From the NCBI GenBank assembly GCA_002633005.1, contig NMRA01000286.1, forward strand, positions 360,503 through 424,502: a stretch of DNA of 64,000 bases, written 5' to 3'. Source of the DNA: Phoronis australis. Taxonomy: Eukaryota > Animalia > Phoronida. Shown piece after piece: positions 60,601 to 64,000 of this stretch; the first letter of the stretch is position 1, and the number at the start of each line of letters is the position of its first letter. The position numbers and the translations under genes are program-made. The notes under the pieces are model-generated. The model had not been told where the DNA came from. It saw only the letters and a list, made by a program, of their open reading frames with translations, and did no database searches.

Positions 60601-63600
60601 CAGACGTCCGCTGATGCCGTCCTTCTGTCTTTCCAGTTTCTCCACGCTCACCTCCATCTCCTTGTGCAAACGAGCCACATCAGCTGCAAATCAATCATAC
60701 ATGACAACTATACAATTGCTGTGAGAAAAAGTAAAGCTTAAACTGACACAAATAGTTTGGTATAATCTGCACATACAGTAATTTTCAATGGACTTTTTTA
60801 ACTGCAACAAAGTTATGGCGAAAACCGAGAAGAAAAAACACAACTGAACAGTTTGAAAATTAAGGGAAATTTCTGCTTAAAAAAATTTGTCGATTCTCCT
60901 TGATAAGAGATCTTAATAACTCTTTTATAATTCCTAGGTCACGTGATGGGACCATGCATGACACTGTAGAGGTATATACTCTATACACAAACTCATTCTA
61001 TGAAAATTTCTGCACTTTCATAGTCAACAAATCTCTCACATGGAACCCTTGATGGAGTAGACAAAGAGAAAACACCTATACACAACATTCTGCCTTCGTA
61101 AACGCCAGCAAGAAGCCTTCACGTCTGTGAAAGAAACCAACAATGGTATCCATGAAATTTACTTTTGGTTCTATCAGAACAGACCCAAATTAAAACATGG
61201 TTAACATCCAATCTTATCATTAAGCAGAAATGACTGCCGGAGTGAGTAGCGTACCTTGCAGAGCCTCCTTGCGCAAAATCAACTCCTGGTTCTCGCCCTC
61301 AAGCTGTTCCTTCCTGTTTTCAAGCTGTGCACACAGCTGCTGTGACTCATAGAGTGCCGTCTCCAGGCCATCCTTATCTGCCTTCAGGCCAGCAATCAGC
61401 TCACTCTGTTGTCGGTTCTCACGCTCTGATGCAGTCAACTGGACACCCAACTGACCCTTCTCTTTGGTCAGCTCCTCCTTCTGTTTGGCAAGACGCACAA
61501 TAGTGTCGCTCTGCTTCTCCAGCTCACGACGGGCACCCAGCAGCTCCTCGGCTAACGCACTCTTCTGACGGGCAGTGGAGTTAAGCTGCTCTGTGATTTC
61601 TGCCTTCTCGCGGTTCAGGAACCCGATCTCCTCCTGCAGTTTCTCTTGTGTCTGCTCACCCAGCTCCAATGTCTGCGACAGACCCATCTTCTCATTCTCG
61701 ACATCCATCTTTTCTTGCTCAACCCGCACCAACTCCTCGCGGATGCCAAACTTGTCCTGCTCGACTTGGTGTTTTTCACCAGCTAGCGCGTTCTTCTCAG
61801 CCTCCATCTATTAGAAAATGAAAACCAGATGGGATTGGGATAATTTTAGCAAACTTACAGCAACATCAGTCAAAAGCGTCTGTCCAAAAACATGTTCATG
61901 AAAAATTTAATTTAAGCACAATTACTGCAACATTAACGACAACAAAAATGAAGTAAAAAAACATTTGTAACAAAAATTGTTAACCACTAGCGACATACCA
62001 TTACGAGGTATCCATCGCCTCTTCCCTGGCATGAAACAGAAATTCAAAGAACAAGCTTTGATAGTTGGTGCAAACTTTTTCATCTTGGTAAGAGCATTGG
62101 TTAAAAATATGAATACAGCTGCCAGACTATAACAATTTTATCACAATCCACTCTGATTTGGTTGTATTAAGTCATTTCATTTCACCTGCATAATGATCTT
62201 GTTGAGATCAATCTTGTCTTGACCCAGACCTTCATTCAGAGCCTGCATCTTGAGCAATGCATCACGCAGACCAGCCTCCTCAGTCTTCAGCTTGTTAATG
62301 TCTAACTCAAGCTCTGCATTCGTCAGCTCAAGACGTGAAAGTGCCTCATCTGGATAATATAGAAAAAAATTAACTGATGTATTATCCTAACTTATGACTG
62401 TTATGGATGACCGTGCAAGACATAATCTGTCCTGACTTGCACAAAAACACCAAAGAAAACTTTCTCCAAACAAAATAAGTTAAAATTTGACAGCTATCTT
62501 TCCTCCAGAGAGGCATCAACGTACTTAGTGAGACTTTGTAAGACCACAAGCCAAGCAGCTCTGTAAAGTTAGGAAAATATTCAATTAAGTTTCCAGAAGA
62601 TTAGATATATATTTTTTGCAGTGAATACTTCACCTAGGTTAATAGCAATGTTCATCATCCAACCTTGAGCAACCTCACCCCAATCTGTTCTACAACTTCT
62701 ATTATCAACTCCCATTACCAAAGAACTTACTGAGCTCAGCTCTTTCCTGCTCTACAACATCCTTCTCCAACAAGGTCTGGTTCAGCGCCTCCTTGGTGGT
62801 CACAAGCTCCTCACGGAGTTTCGAGTTCTTGTCCTCCAGCTGACCTATGACCTTGTGACAGCGCTCATTCTCCTTGAGCTGTCGGTCCTTGTCCTTGATC
62901 ACATCCTCCTTCTCATCCTCAAGGTTGTCACGCTGGCGCTGCAGCTCACTGTTTGCAGCCTGCAGCTTCTCATTCTCTGTGTGGATCTCTACAGGGTGAC
63001 CAGAAAAGACCATGCTTAACTAAACATCTCAAAGGTGACAAAAAGACCAGCGTGCGTTCCGCAGACTTGCGAACCCCACAAAAACGCAAGATTTTTGGAG
63101 AGACCGTCATGTATTATAAGCAAATCACGTGATCACACTAGCTTTCTTCGTGAGATTCTTGTGTCTATGGAACTCAGCCCAGAATGCACCATACACATAT
63201 AAAACCAAATGAGCTCCCAAATTACCCATTTACTAATAATTAACTTTCTATAAGTTTAATCCAATTGCAATAAAGATAGTTTAAAATAGAATGTATTTAG
63301 GCATGTGTTTGCTGAAAAAGATATCCGATTTGCTTATTTCTAAAAAAGATTAAGCACGCACAAAAGCTGCTCACACCTGGTTTGTGTTTGTCAGAAGAAA
63401 TAAGTGGACTTAAACACTAATTTCTCATATTCATACCGTTTCAAATTTATTTTTATTTTTATTTTAGCTTGGAATTACAATTTTTTCGGTTTACAAAAGC
63501 ATGTGCATTCTTCCTTTAAAGTACTAAACTGTGGAACTTATTGATTGCATACCGTCAATCTGCTGGTTGAGAGTTGAGCGTAGAGTTTCCAACTGCGACT

Positions 63601-63674
63601 TCTCACTGCCTGTCATGTCTAGAGCGTTCTTGAAGCGTTCACGGTCACGGAATGAGTCGTCACGATCACGGTGA
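48288..63674 (-). CDS. CROCC: Rootletin (ciliary rootlet coiled-coil protein, CROCC), 5'-partial multi-exon gene
   Basis: 18 GT-AG exons, all phase-consistent, 4696 nt of continuous E/K/R/Q/L-rich coiled coil. Rootletin-type peptides: LKMQALNEGLGQDK, LREVEKARLDARRELQDLRRQVK, DPEAVRLALRDFVQQL, LELTRRSMEGDMQR, QAERTLEARERAHRQRVKGLEEQ. Confidence 0.93.
49244..49385 (-). CDS. CROCC: Rootletin exon (LIDLTTRH...RAHRQRVKGLEEQ)
   Basis: ttgacag acceptor; gtgagt donor; phase 2/0. Confidence 0.93.
50672..50841 (-). CDS. CROCC: Rootletin exon (VEREKLRTEE...EQQHAQR)
   Basis: ttgcag acceptor; gtaggg donor; phase 0/2. Confidence 0.92.
51029..51229 (-). CDS. CROCC: Rootletin exon (MLIQRQEQ...ALKKTLDK)
   Basis: ctgtag acceptor; gtgagt donor; phase 0/0. 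Confidence 0.92.
51677..51946 (-). CDS. CROCC: Rootletin exon (VQALNMSLS...EHDRRVLQERLD...QSGN)
   Basis: catag acceptor; gtgagt donor; phase 0/0. Confidence 0.92.
52582..52722 (-). CDS. CROCC: Rootletin exon (VLQERVESL...QHKDK)
   Basis: catag acceptor; gtatgg donor; phase 0/0. Confidence 0.9.
53895..54238 (-). CDS. CROCC: Rootletin exon (DKRGIDGRL...DKETENQ)
   Basis: aacag acceptor; gtaggc donor; phase 1/0. Confidence 0.92.
54637..54757 (-). CDS. CROCC: Rootletin exon (DDAISQARSL...SLGEVEE)
   Basis: cttcag acceptor; gtctgt donor; phase 0/1. Confidence 0.9.
55012..56755 (-). mobile_element. Non-autonomous Helentron/HINE (DINE-1/pearl-like) element with an internal tandem-repeat array, in a rootletin intron
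   Basis: Sub-terminal inverted repeats atgcgcccac (55038-55047) / gtgggcgcat (56741-56750); terminal hairpin atgcgtccacatat-aa-atatgtgggcgcat; palindrome caacgc-gga-gcgttg at the other end; degenerate (gacg/cgga) microsatellite near 56685-56716; A-runs at both ends; central tandem repeats. Confidence 0.75.
55230..56600. repeat. Tandem array of about 135-160-nt subunits in a three-subunit higher-order repeat of about 430-450 nt
   Basis: gccactagg-like anchors at 55237, 55372, 55525, 55668, 55811, 55970, 56115, 56261, 56421, 56567. Every third unit is most similar (aaaaaacagactcgaaaa x3; ggacctttgaagat x3). Confidence 0.9.
56846..57087 (-). CDS. CROCC: Rootletin exon (GFDNTF...DPEAVRLALRDFVQQLASSERER)
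   Basis: ctacag acceptor; gtaggt donor; phase 1/0. Confidence 0.92.
57440..57872 (-). CDS. CROCC: Rootletin exon (VVETEASRE...PNSPTK)
   Basis: ttacag acceptor; gtaggt donor; phase 0/1. Confidence 0.92.
58073..58317 (-). CDS. CROCC: Rootletin exon (LEEQK...FGLKQK)
   Basis: cttcag acceptor; gtatgt donor; phase 1/0. Confidence 0.92.
58764..59125 (-). CDS. CROCC: Rootletin exon (DAHEKELK...SRNKIS)
   Basis: tttcag acceptor; gtgagt donor; phase 2/1. Confidence 0.92.
59440..59816 (-). CDS. CROCC: Rootletin exon (ENQRVEME...QQFEEAT)
   Basis: tctcag acceptor; gttagt donor; phase 0/2. Confidence 0.92.
60514..60683 (-). CDS. CROCC: Rootletin exon (ADVARLHKE...ERITKEK)
   Basis: ttgcag acceptor; gtgagt donor; phase 1/0. 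Confidence 0.92.
61255..61807 (-). CDS. CROCC: Rootletin exon (MEAEKNAL...RKEALQ)
   Basis: taatag acceptor; gtacgc donor; phase 0/1. Confidence 0.92.
62186..62349 (-). CDS. CROCC: Rootletin exon (EALSRLE...ALNEGLGQDKIDLNKIIMQ)
   Basis: atccag acceptor; gtgaaa donor; phase 1/0. Confidence 0.92.
62731..62988 (-). CDS. CROCC: Rootletin exon (EIHTENEKLQ...ERAEL)
   Basis: ctgtag acceptor; gtaagt donor; phase 1/1. Confidence 0.92.
63553..63674 (-). CDS. CROCC: Rootletin exon (HRDRDDSFRDRE...LNQQID), most 5' exon in the window
   Basis: ttgcag acceptor; gtatgc donor; phase 2/1. Confidence 0.88.
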
Positions 63675-64000
63675 CTGCAAACAAAAATAACATTGTTACC
63701 AATAGCATTTTTGAGGCAATAAGTGCAACAATTAAAAAGAACCTCTAAATCATTGCAACAAGTGTATTTTGGCAACATGTTTCATTAAGTACAAAACTTC
63801 AGTGCACCGGGACTGGCTTCACTAATGTCAATAGACACACCGAAACAAGGTGTTTACTAAAAAAATCATTCAAATTGATCACCAGCCACTATCAACTCAT
63901 AGTGGCTAACAAACTTTAGACAAGCCTGGACTACTTTCATTCGAATTGTCCAAGTGTAACCACAATACTTTTATCTAGAACTAGGCACAGTGGTAATATA

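Noticed and set aside
48207-61814. Plus-strand ORFs overlapping rootletin exons (e.g. 48271-48672, 57552-57878, 58745-59068)
   Set aside because: Antisense shadows of coiled-coil codon bias; they begin and end near the real exon boundaries.
1-64000. tRNA, rRNA, snRNA or autonomous transposase/RT genes
   Set aside because: No recognisable cloverleaf, rRNA or snRNA sequence, or transposase/RT motifs by eye. Small ncRNAs cannot be excluded without a covariance-model (Infernal/Rfam) search.

Overview
Intron-rich animal genomic DNA. An invertebrate, probably a lophotrochozoan, is inferred from the protein style and Helentron/HINE-type repeats; this is not proven. Two genes are arranged tail to tail. 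(1) On the + strand, the 3' part of a Dishevelled (Dvl/dsh) gene has 13 phase-consistent GT-AG coding exons from 8436 to 44070 (about 622 aa): post-DIX linker, basic region, PDZ, proline-rich region, DEP and the canonical CEFFVDVM C-terminus. The DIX exons are not in the window. (2) On the - strand, the 3' part of a rootletin (CROCC) gene has 18 phase-consistent exons from 63674 to 48288 (about 1,560 aa of coiled coil). The most interesting signal is a possible modular isoform system in the Dvl gene: a tandemly duplicated, apparently mutually exclusive exon pair only 47 nt apart; two candidate alternative C-termini that swap the PDZ-binding tail (...LDQL via a donor hidden inside the CEFF codons, and a 101-aa exon ending ...CCLLSSL); and two candidate internal first exons that would give DIX-less proteins. 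A rootletin intron holds a 1.74-kb Helentron/HINE-like element whose tandem units each carry a CTCF-like motif. All isoform calls are sequence-only predictions and need transcript evidence.
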